Shown: positions 44,067 through 53,584, counted from the first letter of the stretch. The stretch: DNA of 64,000 bases from Vicinamibacterales bacterium (GCA_035495555.1 DATJFQ010000022.1:61273-125272), one strand, 5' to 3'. Made by a program: numbers and translations. The notes: generated from the letters alone by a model not told the origin.

Positions 44067-44746
44067 TGAAACCGGCCGGGCATCTCCAGATTGCACCCTC
44101 GCTGCTGTCGGCAGACTTTGCGGCGCTGGGGGACGCCATCGCGCGCGTGGAGGCGGGCGGCGCGGACCTGATCCACGTGGACGTCATGGACGGCCACTTC
44201 GTGCCGAACATCACGCTCGGGCCGCCCATCGTCAAGGCCATTCGCAAGCGTGCCCATGTGCCGCTCGACGTGCATTTGATGATCGAGTCTCCGGACCTGT
44301 TCGTCGAGGCGTTCGTCGAGGCAGGCGCCGCGAGCCTGACGGTTCACGCCGAAGCGGTCGTGCACCTCAACCGCACCGTGAATTTCATCAAGAGCTTCGG
44401 CGTGCGGGCCGGCGTGGCGTTGAACCCCGCGACCCCGGTCGTCGCCCTCGAAGATATCGCGTGCGATGTAGATTACGTGCTGGTCATGACCGTGAATCCC
44501 GGGTTCGGAGGTCAGACTTTCATCCCCCGGTCGGAGTCCAAAGTACGTCAGGTGCGCGAACTGCTCCGCCGGGAAGGCAGCACGGCGCCAATCGAGGTCG
44601 ATGGCGGAATTGACATCCATACGGCGCCGCGGATCGTGGCGGCCGGCGCCGACATTCTGGTCGCGGGAAACTCCATCTTCAACACGCCGGACCCGACGGC
44701 GGCTACGCGCGCGCTGCGCGCGGCCGTGCTGGAGTCCGCCTCCTGA
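44066..44746 (+). CDS. rpe: ribulose-phosphate 3-epimerase
   Basis: IAPSLLSADFA...HVDVMDGHFVPN...DVHLM...MTVNPGFGGQ...VDGG. The ATG overlaps the preceding stop. The upstream ORF-track extension is spurious. Confidence 0.95.
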   Translation: MKPAGHLQIAPSLLSADFAALGDAIARVEAGGADLIHVDVMDGHFVPNITLGPPIVKAIRKRAHVPLDVHLMIESPDLFVEAFVEAGAASLTVHAEAVVHLNRTVNFIKSFGVRAGVALNPATPVVALEDIACDVDYVLVMTVNPGFGGQTFIPRSESKVRQVRELLRREGSTAPIEVDGGIDIHTAPRIVAAGADILVAGNSIFNTPDPTAATRALRAAVLESAS

Positions 44747-45141
44747 TGCCCACCTCGGTCACTCGGCTTCGGGTGCGGTACGCCGAAACCGATAAGATGG
44801 GCGTCGTTTACTACGCGAATTACTTCGTCTGGTTCGAGGTGGGGCGGACGGATCTGCTCCGCGAACTGGGGTGGTCGTACCGGGAGATGGAACACGCAGG
44901 CGTGTCGTTGCCGGTCATCGATGCGCGCTGCGAGTACAAGCGGCCGGCGAAGTACGACGATGAAATCGAAGTGAGGACGGCAGGCCGCATGCTCTCTCCG
45001 ATCAGGATGCAGTTCGACTACGACGTCGTCCGCCTCGACGATGGCAGCGTTGCCGCAGCAGGCCACACCGTACACGCGGCGCTCGATCCACGGGGCCGTC
45101 CCTGCCGCCTGCCGAAACGAATCATCGAGGTGTTCGCGTGA
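44746..45141 (+). CDS. acyl-CoA thioesterase (4HBT/YbgC family)
   Basis: VRYAETDKMGVVYYANYFVWFEVGRTDLLRELG hot-dog fold signature. Confidence 0.85.
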   Translation: MPTSVTRLRVRYAETDKMGVVYYANYFVWFEVGRTDLLRELGWSYREMEHAGVSLPVIDARCEYKRPAKYDDEIEVRTAGRMLSPIRMQFDYDVVRLDDGSVAAAGHTVHAALDPRGRPCRLPKRIIEVFA

Positions 45142-46085
45142 GAGCGTTAGTGACCGGCTGCGCCGGCTTCATCGGCTCGCATTTGACGGGAGTGCTCCTC
45201 GACCAGGGGGCGACGGTCGTCGGTATCGACTGCTTCACGGACTATTACCCCCGATCGATCAAGGAATCGAATCTCGCCGCGAACAGCGGCCGGACGGGAT
45301 TCAGTTTCGTCGAGGATCGCATTCAGGATGCCGATCCCGGGCGGCTGCTCGACGGCGTGTCGCATATCTTTCATCTCGCCGCGCAGGCGGGCGTTCGAAA
45401 GAGCTGGGGTCGCGACTTCCGCGCGTACACCGAAAACAACATCGAGGCGACGCAGATCCTGCTCGAAGCCTGCGTGGGACGGCCGATCGAGCGGTTCGTC
45501 CACGCCTCGAGCTCCTCGGTCTATGGCGACAACGCGTCGATCCCGATGCGCGAGGATGCGATGCCGCGTCCGGTCTCGCCATACGGCGTCACCAAGCTCT
45601 CCGCCGAGCAGCTCGGCTATCTGTATTTCGTCAATCACCGCGTGCCGACCGTGGCCATGCGGTACTTCACCGTGTACGGACCGCGACAGCGGCCCGACAT
45701 GGCGTTTCATCGCTTTATCAGGGCGGCGCTGCGCGACGAGGAGCTGTCGCTCTACGGCGACGGCGAGCAGACGCGCGATTTCACGTTCGTCGCCGACGCG
45801 GTCGCGGCGACGGTTGCCGCGGCAACCCGCGGGGTGCCCGGGCGCTCGTACAACATCGGCGGCGGCTCCCGCGTGTCGATGAACGAGGTGATCGCCCTCA
45901 TCGGGCGCATCGCCGGCCGTCCGCTGCGCGTCACGCGCGAAGCGACGCAGAAGGGTGACATGCGGGACACCTATGCGGATACATCGCTCGCGCGACACGA
46001 CCTGGGATTTGCACCCTCGGTTTCGCTCGAGGAAGGCATCAAGGCGGAATATCAATGGTTGTCTTCGACCCCGGCGCTCGTATGA
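45138..46085 (+). CDS. NAD-dependent nucleotide-sugar epimerase/dehydratase (SDR)
   Basis: VTGCAGFIGSHL, SSSSVYG, and YGVTK (YxxxK). Confidence 0.87.
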   Translation: MRALVTGCAGFIGSHLTGVLLDQGATVVGIDCFTDYYPRSIKESNLAANSGRTGFSFVEDRIQDADPGRLLDGVSHIFHLAAQAGVRKSWGRDFRAYTENNIEATQILLEACVGRPIERFVHASSSSVYGDNASIPMREDAMPRPVSPYGVTKLSAEQLGYLYFVNHRVPTVAMRYFTVYGPRQRPDMAFHRFIRAALRDEELSLYGDGEQTRDFTFVADAVAATVAAATRGVPGRSYNIGGGSRVSMNEVIALIGRIAGRPLRVTREATQKGDMRDTYADTSLARHDLGFAPSVSLEEGIKAEYQWLSSTPALV

Positions 46086-46882
46086 CGCCACGGCCCGTAC
46101 GGATGCGCGCACTCGCCGTCATCGCCCTCGCACTGGTGGTCGGCGCGTGCGCGACGGGTGGAGCGCGAAAGCCGCCGACTGGCACGCCGGATCCGGACAA
46201 GTTCCTCTTCGACCGCGGCACGGACGCGCTCAACAAGAAGCACTGGGTCGTTGCGCGCGAGTACTTCCGGCAGCTCGTGGACACGTACCCGCAGAGTCCT
46301 TATCGAGCCGACGCGAAGCTGGGCCTCGGGGACAGCTACCTTGGCGAGAGCACCGCGGAAAATTTCGTGCTGGCCGTCAACGAATATCGCGAGTTCCTCA
46401 GCTTCTATCCGACGAACCCGCGCGCAGACTACGCGCAGTTCAAGCTCGCGATGGCGCACTACTATCAGATGCGCAAGCCCGAGCGCGACCAGTCGGAAAC
46501 GAGAGAAGCCATTGCCGCGCTCCAGACGTTCGTCGATCGCTACCCCCGGTCGGCGCTCGCTGAGGAAGGACGCCAGCGGCTGCGCGAGGCGAAGGACCGC
46601 CTGGACGATTCCGACTTCCGTGTGGGCCTCTTCTACTACCGCGCCAAGTGGTATCCGGGTGCCATCGATCGGCTCAAGCCGCTGCTGGACCGCGACCCGG
46701 AGTACACCCGCCGCGACGCGGTCTATTACTACCTCGCCGAATCGTACGTCGAGGTGAAGAAGGAAGCGGAGGCGCTCCCGCTGTTCGAACGGCTGGTCAA
46801 GGAATTCGAGCAGAGCGAGTTCCTGGAGCCGTCGAAGAAACGGATCGACGAGCTGAAGACGTCGCTCGCGGCCAAGAAGTAG
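46082..46882 (+). CDS. bamD: outer membrane protein assembly factor BamD (lipoprotein)
   Basis: Lipobox LVVGAC. YfiO/BamD-like TPR pattern (YFRQLVDTYPQSPYRADAKLGLGDSY...EYREFLSFYPTNPRADYAQFKLAMAHY). Confidence 0.8.
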   Translation: MTPRPVRMRALAVIALALVVGACATGGARKPPTGTPDPDKFLFDRGTDALNKKHWVVAREYFRQLVDTYPQSPYRADAKLGLGDSYLGESTAENFVLAVNEYREFLSFYPTNPRADYAQFKLAMAHYYQMRKPERDQSETREAIAALQTFVDRYPRSALAEEGRQRLREAKDRLDDSDFRVGLFYYRAKWYPGAIDRLKPLLDRDPEYTRRDAVYYYLAESYVEVKKEAEALPLFERLVKEFEQSEFLEPSKKRIDELKTSLAAKK

Positions 46883-46939
46883 GAATCCGTTCGGCTCCGA
46901 CCCGCAGGCGCGGTGCTCGTCGGTGGACGACGCGCGGGT

Positions 46940-47497
46940 TCACATCTTGACCACGTGGTTGAACTTCCGGTAGTAGTCGAATCCGGACACCAGGGCGGTG
47001 ATCATCGCGAGCCAGAGCGCGAGCGTGCCCAGGACGAACAACGGATTGCGCCCTTGATCGCTGGCGAGAATCAGCGCCAGAATCGCCACCACCTCCGCAA
47101 CCATCTTGATCTTTCCGAGCGGTGACGCCGCGATGATGACGCCGCGCGTCTGGGCCAGACTGCGCAGGACGGTCACGGCGAATTCGCGCCCCACGATCAG
47201 GACGGCGATCCACGCCGGCACCAGTTCCATTGCGACGAGCGAAAACAGCGCCGCGGTGATGAGCAGCTTGTCCGCGAGCGGATCCATCAGCTGCCCCACC
47301 GTCGTGATCTGCTTGCGGCGTCTGGCGAGATAGCCGTCGAGGAAGTCGGTCAGTGACGCGAGGCCGAAGATGCCGGCGCCGACGAGTTCCTTGCGCACGC
47401 CCAGAATCAGGCGTCCCTCGAATTTCGTCAGCAGCACGACGACGAGCAGCGGGATGAGGAAGATGCGGCCGATCGTCAGCGCATTCGGGAGGTTCAC
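46940..47497 (-). CDS. pgsA: CDP-diacylglycerol--glycerol-3-phosphate 3-phosphatidyltransferase
   Basis: CDP-alcohol phosphotransferase motif DFLDGYLARR...GQLMDPLADK. GTG start. Confidence 0.92.
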   Translation of the reverse strand: MNLPNALTIGRIFLIPLLVVVLLTKFEGRLILGVRKELVGAGIFGLASLTDFLDGYLARRRKQITTVGQLMDPLADKLLITAALFSLVAMELVPAWIAVLIVGREFAVTVLRSLAQTRGVIIAASPLGKIKMVAEVVAILALILASDQGRNPLFVLGTLALWLAMITALVSGFDYYRKFNHVVKM

Positions 47498-47540
47498 CGC
47501 GCGCAGATTCTATCAAAAGCGAATAAAATGGCGGATTGAC

Positions 47541-48593
47541 ATGAAGGCCATTCTCCTTGCCGGTGGCAAGGGCACGCGGCTGAGGCCCTTGACGGTTCAC
47601 ACGCCCAAGCCGATCGTCCCCATCCTCAGCCGTGCGTTCCTCTATTACCAGATCGATCTCCTCAAGCAGGTTCCGGAAATCGATGAAGTGATCCTCAGCC
47701 TGAACTATCAGCCCCGCCGGATCGAGGAGATGTTCGGCGAAGGCGAAGGCCTCGGCGTGCGGATTCGCTACGTCGTCGAGCCGATGCCGCTCGGCACGGG
47801 CGGCGCGGTACGCTACGCGGGAGATTCGTTGACCGAATCCGTTGTCGTGTTCAACGGCGACGTGCTGACGCAGGTCGATCTCGCCGCCGTGCTGCGGCTG
47901 CACCGCGAGCGGAAAGCCAAAGCGACGATCGTCCTCACGCCGGTCGAAAATCCGCGCGCGTACGGACTGGTCGAGACCGACGCGCAGGGCAACATCCAGC
48001 GGTTTCTCGAGAAACCCGGCGACAGCGAGATCACCTGCAACACGATCAACGCCGGGATCTACGTGCTCGAACCGGACACGTTCGATCGCATTCCAAAGGA
48101 CACGGCGTGGTCGATCGAGCGGAGCTTTTTCCCGTCGCTCATCGAGCGCGGAGAAACCTTCGTCGCCTACGTCTACGACGGGTACTGGATCGACATCGGC
48201 ACGCCGGCGAAGTACTTGCAGGTGCATCGCGACATCATGGACGGGAGCTACTCGGCGCCGCCGTTCAACGGCGCGCCGCTCGCCTGGATTTCGCCCGACG
48301 CGCGGATCGAGCCGGGCGCGGAGGTGCACGGGCCCTGCTTCATCGACGACGGGGTGGTCGTGAAAAACGGGGCGAAGGTCCTGCCCTACTCCGTCATCGG
48401 CCGTCAGACGCACATCGAGGAAGGCGCGCACGTCGAAGGCGCGATCGTCTGGCCCAATGGCTGGATCGGGCCCGACGCGTCGATCCGCGGGGCGATCCTC
48501 GGGCGCAACTGCCACGTGGGCCGAAGCGCCGTCGTGGAATCGTCGGCCGTACTGGGCGACAAGACCGTCCTCACGGATTACAGCCGGCTCTGA
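47541..48593 (+). CDS. NDP-sugar pyrophosphorylase (mannose-1-phosphate guanylyltransferase-like) with C-terminal left-handed beta-helix
   Basis: MKAILLAGGKGTRLRPLT...GTGGA...INAGIYV, then hexapeptide-repeat-like C-terminus. The ORF-track N-terminal extension overlaps pgsA. Confidence 0.87.
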   Translation: MKAILLAGGKGTRLRPLTVHTPKPIVPILSRAFLYYQIDLLKQVPEIDEVILSLNYQPRRIEEMFGEGEGLGVRIRYVVEPMPLGTGGAVRYAGDSLTESVVVFNGDVLTQVDLAAVLRLHRERKAKATIVLTPVENPRAYGLVETDAQGNIQRFLEKPGDSEITCNTINAGIYVLEPDTFDRIPKDTAWSIERSFFPSLIERGETFVAYVYDGYWIDIGTPAKYLQVHRDIMDGSYSAPPFNGAPLAWISPDARIEPGAEVHGPCFIDDGVVVKNGAKVLPYSVIGRQTHIEEGAHVEGAIVWPNGWIGPDASIRGAILGRNCHVGRSAVVESSAVLGDKTVLTDYSRL

Positions 48594-48601
48594 GAGAACG
48601 C

Positions 48602-49957
48602 ATGTCGATCAATCCTTCCATTTTCAAAGCGTATGACGTGCGCGGGCTCTACCCGCAGGAGATCGACGAGGATGCGGCACGGCAGATCGGCCGGGGCTTC
48701 GTCGCCTATGTGCAGGCCAGGAGCATAGCGGTGTCACGCGACATGCGGTTGTCGTCGCCCTCGCTCGCGGCGGCGTTCATCGAGGGTGCGCGCATGCAGG
48801 GCTGCGACGTCGTCGATTACGGGATGATGGGCACCGACATGCTCTACTTCGCCGTCGCGCGCGACGGCCACGACGGCGGCGCGCAGATCACGGCGTCGCA
48901 CAATCCGAAGGAGTACAACGGCATCAAGCTGGTGCGCCGTGAAGCGTTCCCCCTCTCCGGCGAGGCGGGCCTCGTGGACATTCGGGACATGATCGCGAAC
49001 GATCATCTGCCGCCGGCGGCGGCGCAGGAGGGCTCGCTCTCGAGCAAGGACGTGATCGGCGAGTACGTGAAACACGTGATGTCGTTCATCGATCCGTCAA
49101 TCATCAAGCCGTTCAACGTCGTGCTGGATGCCGGTAACGGGATTGCCGGCATGGTCGCGCCGAAGCTGTTCGAGAAGCTGCCGTGCCGGACGACCGAGCT
49201 GTGCTTCGAGGTGGACGGCACCTTCCCGAACCACGAAGCGAATCCGCTCATCGAGGAAAACCGCCGCGACATCGTCGAACGCGTGATCCGGGACAAAGCG
49301 GACATCGGCATCGCGTGGGATGGCGATGCGGATCGCTGCTTCTTCATCGACGGCGCGGGCGAGTTCATTGCCGGGGACTTCATCACGGCGCTGCTGGCCG
49401 AAGCCTTTCTGATCAAGCATCCCGGAGCGAAAATCGTCTACGACGTCCGCGCGAGCTATGCGGTGAAGGACACGGCGGCGCGCTACGGCGCACCGGCGCT
49501 GATGAACCGCGTCGGCCACGCGTTCTTCAAGCGGCGGATGCGCGAAGAGAATGCGATTTTCGGCGGCGAGGTGACCGGTCACTACTACTTCCGCGACAAC
49601 TTCTACGCCGACAACGGCTTCATCCCGGCGCTCCTGATCCTCGAGCTGATGTCGAAGAAGAACATGACGCTGCGCGATCTGCTCGCACCGCTGCGCGAGA
49701 AGTACTTCATCTCCGGTGAGATCAATACGAAGGTCAGCGACATGCACACCGTGCAGCGCAAGCTCGACGGGCTGAGTGCGAAATACGACGCCGGGCAGGT
49801 CTACACGCTCGACGGCGTCTCGGCGGAGTTTCCCGACTGGCACTTCAACGTCCGCGCATCGAACACGGAGCCGATGCTTCGCCTGAACCTCGAAGCAACG
49901 ACCCAGGCCGAAATGGAGCGCAGGCGCGACGAGGTGCTCGCGTTCATCAGGAGCTGA
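48602..49957 (+). CDS. phosphomannomutase/phosphoglucomutase
   Basis: IFKAYDVRG, active-site TASHNP, metal site GIAWDGDADR, and GGEVTGH. Confidence 0.9.
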   Translation: MSINPSIFKAYDVRGLYPQEIDEDAARQIGRGFVAYVQARSIAVSRDMRLSSPSLAAAFIEGARMQGCDVVDYGMMGTDMLYFAVARDGHDGGAQITASHNPKEYNGIKLVRREAFPLSGEAGLVDIRDMIANDHLPPAAAQEGSLSSKDVIGEYVKHVMSFIDPSIIKPFNVVLDAGNGIAGMVAPKLFEKLPCRTTELCFEVDGTFPNHEANPLIEENRRDIVERVIRDKADIGIAWDGDADRCFFIDGAGEFIAGDFITALLAEAFLIKHPGAKIVYDVRASYAVKDTAARYGAPALMNRVGHAFFKRRMREENAIFGGEVTGHYYFRDNFYADNGFIPALLILELMSKKNMTLRDLLAPLREKYFISGEINTKVSDMHTVQRKLDGLSAKYDAGQVYTLDGVSAEFPDWHFNVRASNTEPMLRLNLEATTQAEMERRRDEVLAFIRS

Positions 49958-49958
49958 G

Positions 49959-50171
49959 GTGCGCAATCCGGGCACGGCGGCGGTCCTCAGCGCGATCATC
50001 CCCGGCATCGGCCAGTTCTACAACGGCGACTTTCTGCGCGGGATCTTCTGGCTGATCGTCACGCCAGGCATGTGGATCGGCACCGGCGGCATGCTCGGGT
50101 GGGTGTGTCACGTGATCGCCGCGTTCACGGCTCATCGTCGCGCGAAGGTCAGGAACCGCGCCGCAATATAA
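49959..50171 (+). CDS. small TM2-like membrane protein
   Basis: AAVLSAIIPGIGQFYNGDFLRGIFWLIV with two predicted TM helices. GTG start one nt after the preceding stop. Confidence 0.55.
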   Translation: MRNPGTAAVLSAIIPGIGQFYNGDFLRGIFWLIVTPGMWIGTGGMLGWVCHVIAAFTAHRRAKVRNRAAI

Positions 50172-50190
50172 GCGCCGGTATAATCATCCG

Positions 50191-50382
50191 ATGTCGGACC
50201 CTTCGGATCGTGCGCCGCGGATCACCGTCCGACGGTACGAGTCCGCCGCCGATGCCGACCGCGACGATCTGGCCTACTGGCAGACGATCCCATCCACCGA
50301 ACGTGTGCTTCAGGTCTGGCGTCTGAGTCGGGAACTCTGGCAGCTCCGAGGCGATCGCATCGATGAACCTGGACTTTGTTGA
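50191..50382 (+). CDS. small hypothetical protein preceding the nucleotidyltransferase-like gene
   Basis: 63-aa ORF (…YESAADADRDDLAYWQTIPSTERVLQVWRLSRELWQL…). It overlaps the start of the next frame by 20 nt. Confidence 0.45.
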   Translation: MSDPSDRAPRITVRRYESAADADRDDLAYWQTIPSTERVLQVWRLSRELWQLRGDRIDEPGLC

Positions 50383-50797
50383 TCTATTGTGAGCGTTCGT
50401 CGCCGCTGACGTCAGGTTCCTCGTCGTGGGTGCCTATGCGCTCGCGCTGCACGGCCGGCCACGAGCCACCGGCGATCTCGACCTCTGGGTCGACGCGACG
50501 CCGGACAACGCCGCGCGCATCATGACGGCCCTGCGTGCATTCGGCGTTCCGCTGGCGGAAGTCACCCAATCCGATTTCGAGGCGCCCGGCGTCGTCTATC
50601 AGATCGGTGTCCCGCCCGGACGAATCGACGTGCTGACGGATCTGACGGGGCTCACGTTCGCCGAGGCGTGGAGCGGACGCGTCCGCCATCCGTTCGACGA
50701 CGTGGACGTGGACTTTATCGGCCTGGACGCCTTCGTACGGAACAAGCGCGCAACCGGACGTCCGAAAGATCTCGGCGATATCGAGGGGATGTCCTGA
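50363..50797 (+). pseudogene. nucleotidyltransferase-fold protein interrupted by an in-frame TGA at codon 10
   Basis: ATG 50363 gives MNLDFVDLL, then TGA (50390-50392), then AFVAADVRFLVVGAYALALHGRPRATGDLDLWVD... in the same frame. The first usable start after the stop is GTG 50426, which would cut off the first strand of the fold. Confidence 0.5.
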
Positions 50798-50816
50798 TGG
50801 TAAAATCGCTTGTCGT

Positions 50817-50887
50817 GCGGGCTTAGCATAGTGGTAATGCCCTGGCTTCCCAAGCCAGTTAGACGGGTTCGATCCCCGTAGCCCGCT
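50817..50887 (+). tRNA. tRNA-Gly (anticodon CCC), no encoded CCA
   Basis: Manual cloverleaf. Acceptor stem GCGGGCT/AGCCCGC, D stem GCAT/ATGC, anticodon stem CTGGC/GCCAG with loop TTCCCAA, T arm ACGGG-TTCGATC-CCCGT. Total 71 nt. Confidence 0.93.
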
Positions 50888-50900
50888 ATCCGGTCTTGAT

Positions 50901-50919
50901 CTGGGGGCGTCGCCCCCAG
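50901..50919. terminator. GC-rich palindromic hairpin between the tRNA and the convergent VWFA gene
   Basis: ctgggggcg t cgcccccag. There is no clear U-tract on either strand. Confidence 0.35.
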
Positions 50920-50991
50920 ACCCCCCTGCACGCTCACTCGCGGAGACCCGTACACCGCTCTGCGTGCGGGCTCCCCGCGTGCGAAGCGCGG

Positions 50992-52794
50992 TCAGTTGGT
51001 CACTCTGATCGCCACCAGGCGCTGCGCGTTCTGGTTGGGTTCGGTCGTCGTCAGCGACACGACGTAGTCGCCGGGGCCGAGCGGCGCCAGCGTCACGTCC
51101 GCGGTGAGCCATCGCTGCCCTGTCGCGGCGTCGGCGCGCTCGCCGACCGTGACGGGAACGACCGTCGGCTTGCCGGTGCGATCGAGCAGCGCGCCCGACC
51201 AGGTGATCCCGGCGCCCGGCGCTTCGAGCTCGAAGTGCAGCCGATCGGCGCGCGGGAAGATGTGCGTGGTCGACGGTTCGAGTTTGTTCCCCGTGCTCGG
51301 CCCGCGATGGAAGACGAGCGGCTCGTCCCCGCGCCGGCGCTTCGACGCCGCACCACGCGCGTCCGCATCGAGCGATCCAAGTGCGCGCGTCAACGCGGCC
51401 TTTTCATCGGACACCGGCGCATTGGCTGCGGCGCGCGCCGCATCCACTTCGGCCTGAGTGGCCGCTCGGTACCCGCGGCGTGAACGAAGATCGATGCCAG
51501 GCTGCTTCGACACAACCTTGATCTGCCGGTACTTGCCGTCAAGCTTCGTGTTGCTCGAGTAATAGCCGATCAGGTAATACGACGTCAGATCGTCGGACAC
51601 ACGCCGCACCATCCCCTTGAGATCGTTGCTGCCAAGCAGCGCGAGGCCATCCGTGTTGACCGCAAGCGTTCGCAGGCTGTCGCCGCGCTGACGCAGCATC
51701 GCGAGATCCTGGGCCAGCGGCAGCGGCGGCTCGGGCCCGATGTCACTGTCGAACGTCGCCATACCCCGCGGATCGATCGGATAGAAGCTCACGTCGGCGC
51801 GATTGGCTTCGCCCATGATGTCGCGGAACTTTTGGGCGTCGTCCATCATCGCGAGGTCCATCCGGTCGCGATCACACTGATACTTCAGCCCCTCGTACGA
51901 GTTGTCTTTCGTTGCGGTCGTCAATCCACCCGTCGGGCCGAGGCCGCCGATGGGAGGCATCCCGGGAATCGGCTCCTGCCTGCCGCTCGGATCCGACTGC
52001 AGCGTCGTCAACGACTGATCCGGTGTGTAGAGCGGCCAGCCAGGGGTAATCGTGATCACGGCCGTGCGCCCTTCCCGCGCGGCTCCCATGTAGCGGACCA
52101 GTTCCTCGAGACCGTCCATCACGACGCGTTCGCGGCGGCGCGCGATCATCGTCGATGCCGTGGGCGACCACGATGAGCGGTCGCCGGGCCGGGGCGGGAA
52201 ACACTGGGTGTAGCGCTGCTCGGTCTCGTCGAGTTGCAGCGAACTCGCTCTCCCCCAGTTCCAATGCTTCGCGAGTTCCTCTTCAATGACGCTCGTGCGG
52301 CGTGCGAAGGTCATCTGCATCGGATTCATGTCGGCCGTCATGATCGCGAAGAGATCGTCGTCCCCGATCACGCGGGTGAGGAGATCCACCAGCGGCTGCC
52401 GGATATCGTGCGAGCCAGCGACGCTGACATTCCCCGTGTCGAGATAGATGACGAAGACGCGGCGATGCGGGTCCTCGATCAACTGCCGTGATTCGCGCAC
52501 GGAATTCGGCTCTATGCGTTCGTCGGTGGGGCCGGCCGGCTGCACGAGAACGTGTTCGAAGGATTCGATCGTCTGGTGGACGCCGTCTTCGAACAGCTCG
52601 AAATCCGTTTTCGTGAGGTCCTGGACCGGGGTGCCGCCGCGCGTCGCAAAGACGTCGACGCGAACGAGGTTCGCCCCGCCGCGAAATCGCGGGAGCTGTT
52701 CCTGCTGCCTGACGGGTTGTTGTGCGTTGAAGACGAACGGGCACGCGAGCAGGAGCGCGGCGACGACGCCGCCGGTACGAAGCGTCACGGGCAC
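50992..52794 (-). CDS. VWFA-related (acidobacterial-type) secreted protein
   Basis: Signal peptide, then FRGGANLVRVDVFATRGGTPVQDLTKTDFELFEDGVHQTIESFE and VFVIYLDTGN, matching the pattern I associate with the TIGR03436 family. Confidence 0.8.
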   Translation of the reverse strand: MPVTLRTGGVVAALLLACPFVFNAQQPVRQQEQLPRFRGGANLVRVDVFATRGGTPVQDLTKTDFELFEDGVHQTIESFEHVLVQPAGPTDERIEPNSVRESRQLIEDPHRRVFVIYLDTGNVSVAGSHDIRQPLVDLLTRVIGDDDLFAIMTADMNPMQMTFARRTSVIEEELAKHWNWGRASSLQLDETEQRYTQCFPPRPGDRSSWSPTASTMIARRRERVVMDGLEELVRYMGAAREGRTAVITITPGWPLYTPDQSLTTLQSDPSGRQEPIPGMPPIGGLGPTGGLTTATKDNSYEGLKYQCDRDRMDLAMMDDAQKFRDIMGEANRADVSFYPIDPRGMATFDSDIGPEPPLPLAQDLAMLRQRGDSLRTLAVNTDGLALLGSNDLKGMVRRVSDDLTSYYLIGYYSSNTKLDGKYRQIKVVSKQPGIDLRSRRGYRAATQAEVDAARAAANAPVSDEKAALTRALGSLDADARGAASKRRRGDEPLVFHRGPSTGNKLEPSTTHIFPRADRLHFELEAPGAGITWSGALLDRTGKPTVVPVTVGERADAATGQRWLTADVTLAPLGPGDYVVSLTTTEPNQNAQRLVAIRVTN

Positions 52795-52830
52795 TGGGGG
52801 CCTCCTCCTGCGCTGGCGGGATCAGTATAC

Positions 52831-52924
52831 GTTCTCCAGGTTCTCGGGTTCTCGGGTTCTCGGGTTCTCCGGTTCTCGGGTTCTGGGGTTCTCGGGTTGG
52901 GTTCTGGGGTTCTCCGGTTCTGCG
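52831..52924. repeat. tandem octamer array, about 12 x GTTCTCGG (variants)
   Basis: Read directly. It lies 37 nt upstream (minus-strand sense) of the VWFA gene start codon at 52794. Confidence 0.95.
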
Positions 52925-53150
52925 AGGCTACTGGAGCTTGGGGGACGGGCCGATAAGCGGGTATCCACACCAGCAGCATCTGCGGACGGTTCGTTCGGAC
53001 CGCGGGTTCGTGTATCGGCCGGCTACGGCAGCGTACGGATTAAGTCCGGTGCGCGGCGGCTCTTGACGATCCGGGGCCGGATTTGGCGCGGCAGCCGCTG
53101 GCGCTGGATTTGTAGGACGCGCTCTGCTCCTTTTCGACAGGTCACCAGGA

Positions 53151-53345
53151 ATGGCGATGATGCGGACGCTGAGGAAAACTGACGATTTGACTATCGAGCG
53201 GTGGCGGACAGAACCGCGCCTCGTCGGACTGGAATTCAGTGAGTCCATCCGCGAAAGTTCACCGCCTCTCTGGAAGGATCTCGCGCTGGCCGCAGTAGTT
53301 CTGGCGATTGCCCTGATCGCCGTGGCCGCGTTCGTGCGCGTCTAG
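53151..53345 (+). CDS. possible small tail-anchored membrane protein
   Basis: 64-aa ORF with a C-terminal TM helix LALAAVVLAIALIAVAAF. GC3 is lower than in neighbouring genes, so coding status is uncertain. Confidence 0.3.
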   Translation: MAMMRTLRKTDDLTIERWRTEPRLVGLEFSESIRESSPPLWKDLALAAVVLAIALIAVAAFVRV

Positions 53346-53584
53346 GCCGTCTCTCGCTCGGAAACGTCGTGCCATCCCTGGGCCCGTAAGCGCTCCGCGT
53401 AGGCACGCGCCCAGTTCATCGCCATCCACTCCTCTTCGAAGAACTCGCTGACCACGACGTCGCGATCGTGGACGATCTGCACTTCGACCGGCACCCGCCC
53501 CGACACCAGACATCGCACGTCGACGATGCGGCGGCGAAGACACCACACGACACGCGCGCCAGGCTGCAGTGCGAAGCTGGACAC
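53342..53584 (-). CDS. small hypothetical protein (about 80 aa)
   Basis: The high-GC3 portion of ORF 53342..53782. I prefer the GTG at 53584, preceded by AAGGCAGG. The upstream part of the ORF is AT-richer and looks non-coding. Confidence 0.45.
   Translation of the reverse strand: MSSFALQPGARVVWCLRRRIVDVRCLVSGRVPVEVQIVHDRDVVVSEFFEEEWMAMNWARAYAERLRAQGWHDVSERETA

Noticed and set aside
50390-50392. In-frame TGA as a selenocysteine codon.
   Set aside because: I see no convincing stem-loop immediately downstream. The protein family is not a known selenoprotein, and the position is in a plain N-terminal segment. A nonsense mutation or sequencing error is more likely.
53036-53052. ATTAAGTCCGG, which resembles the RNase P RNA P4 'GAAAGUCCGG' core.
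   Set aside because: The surrounding 225 bp is too short for RNase P RNA and lacks its other conserved blocks. It is a single short match only.
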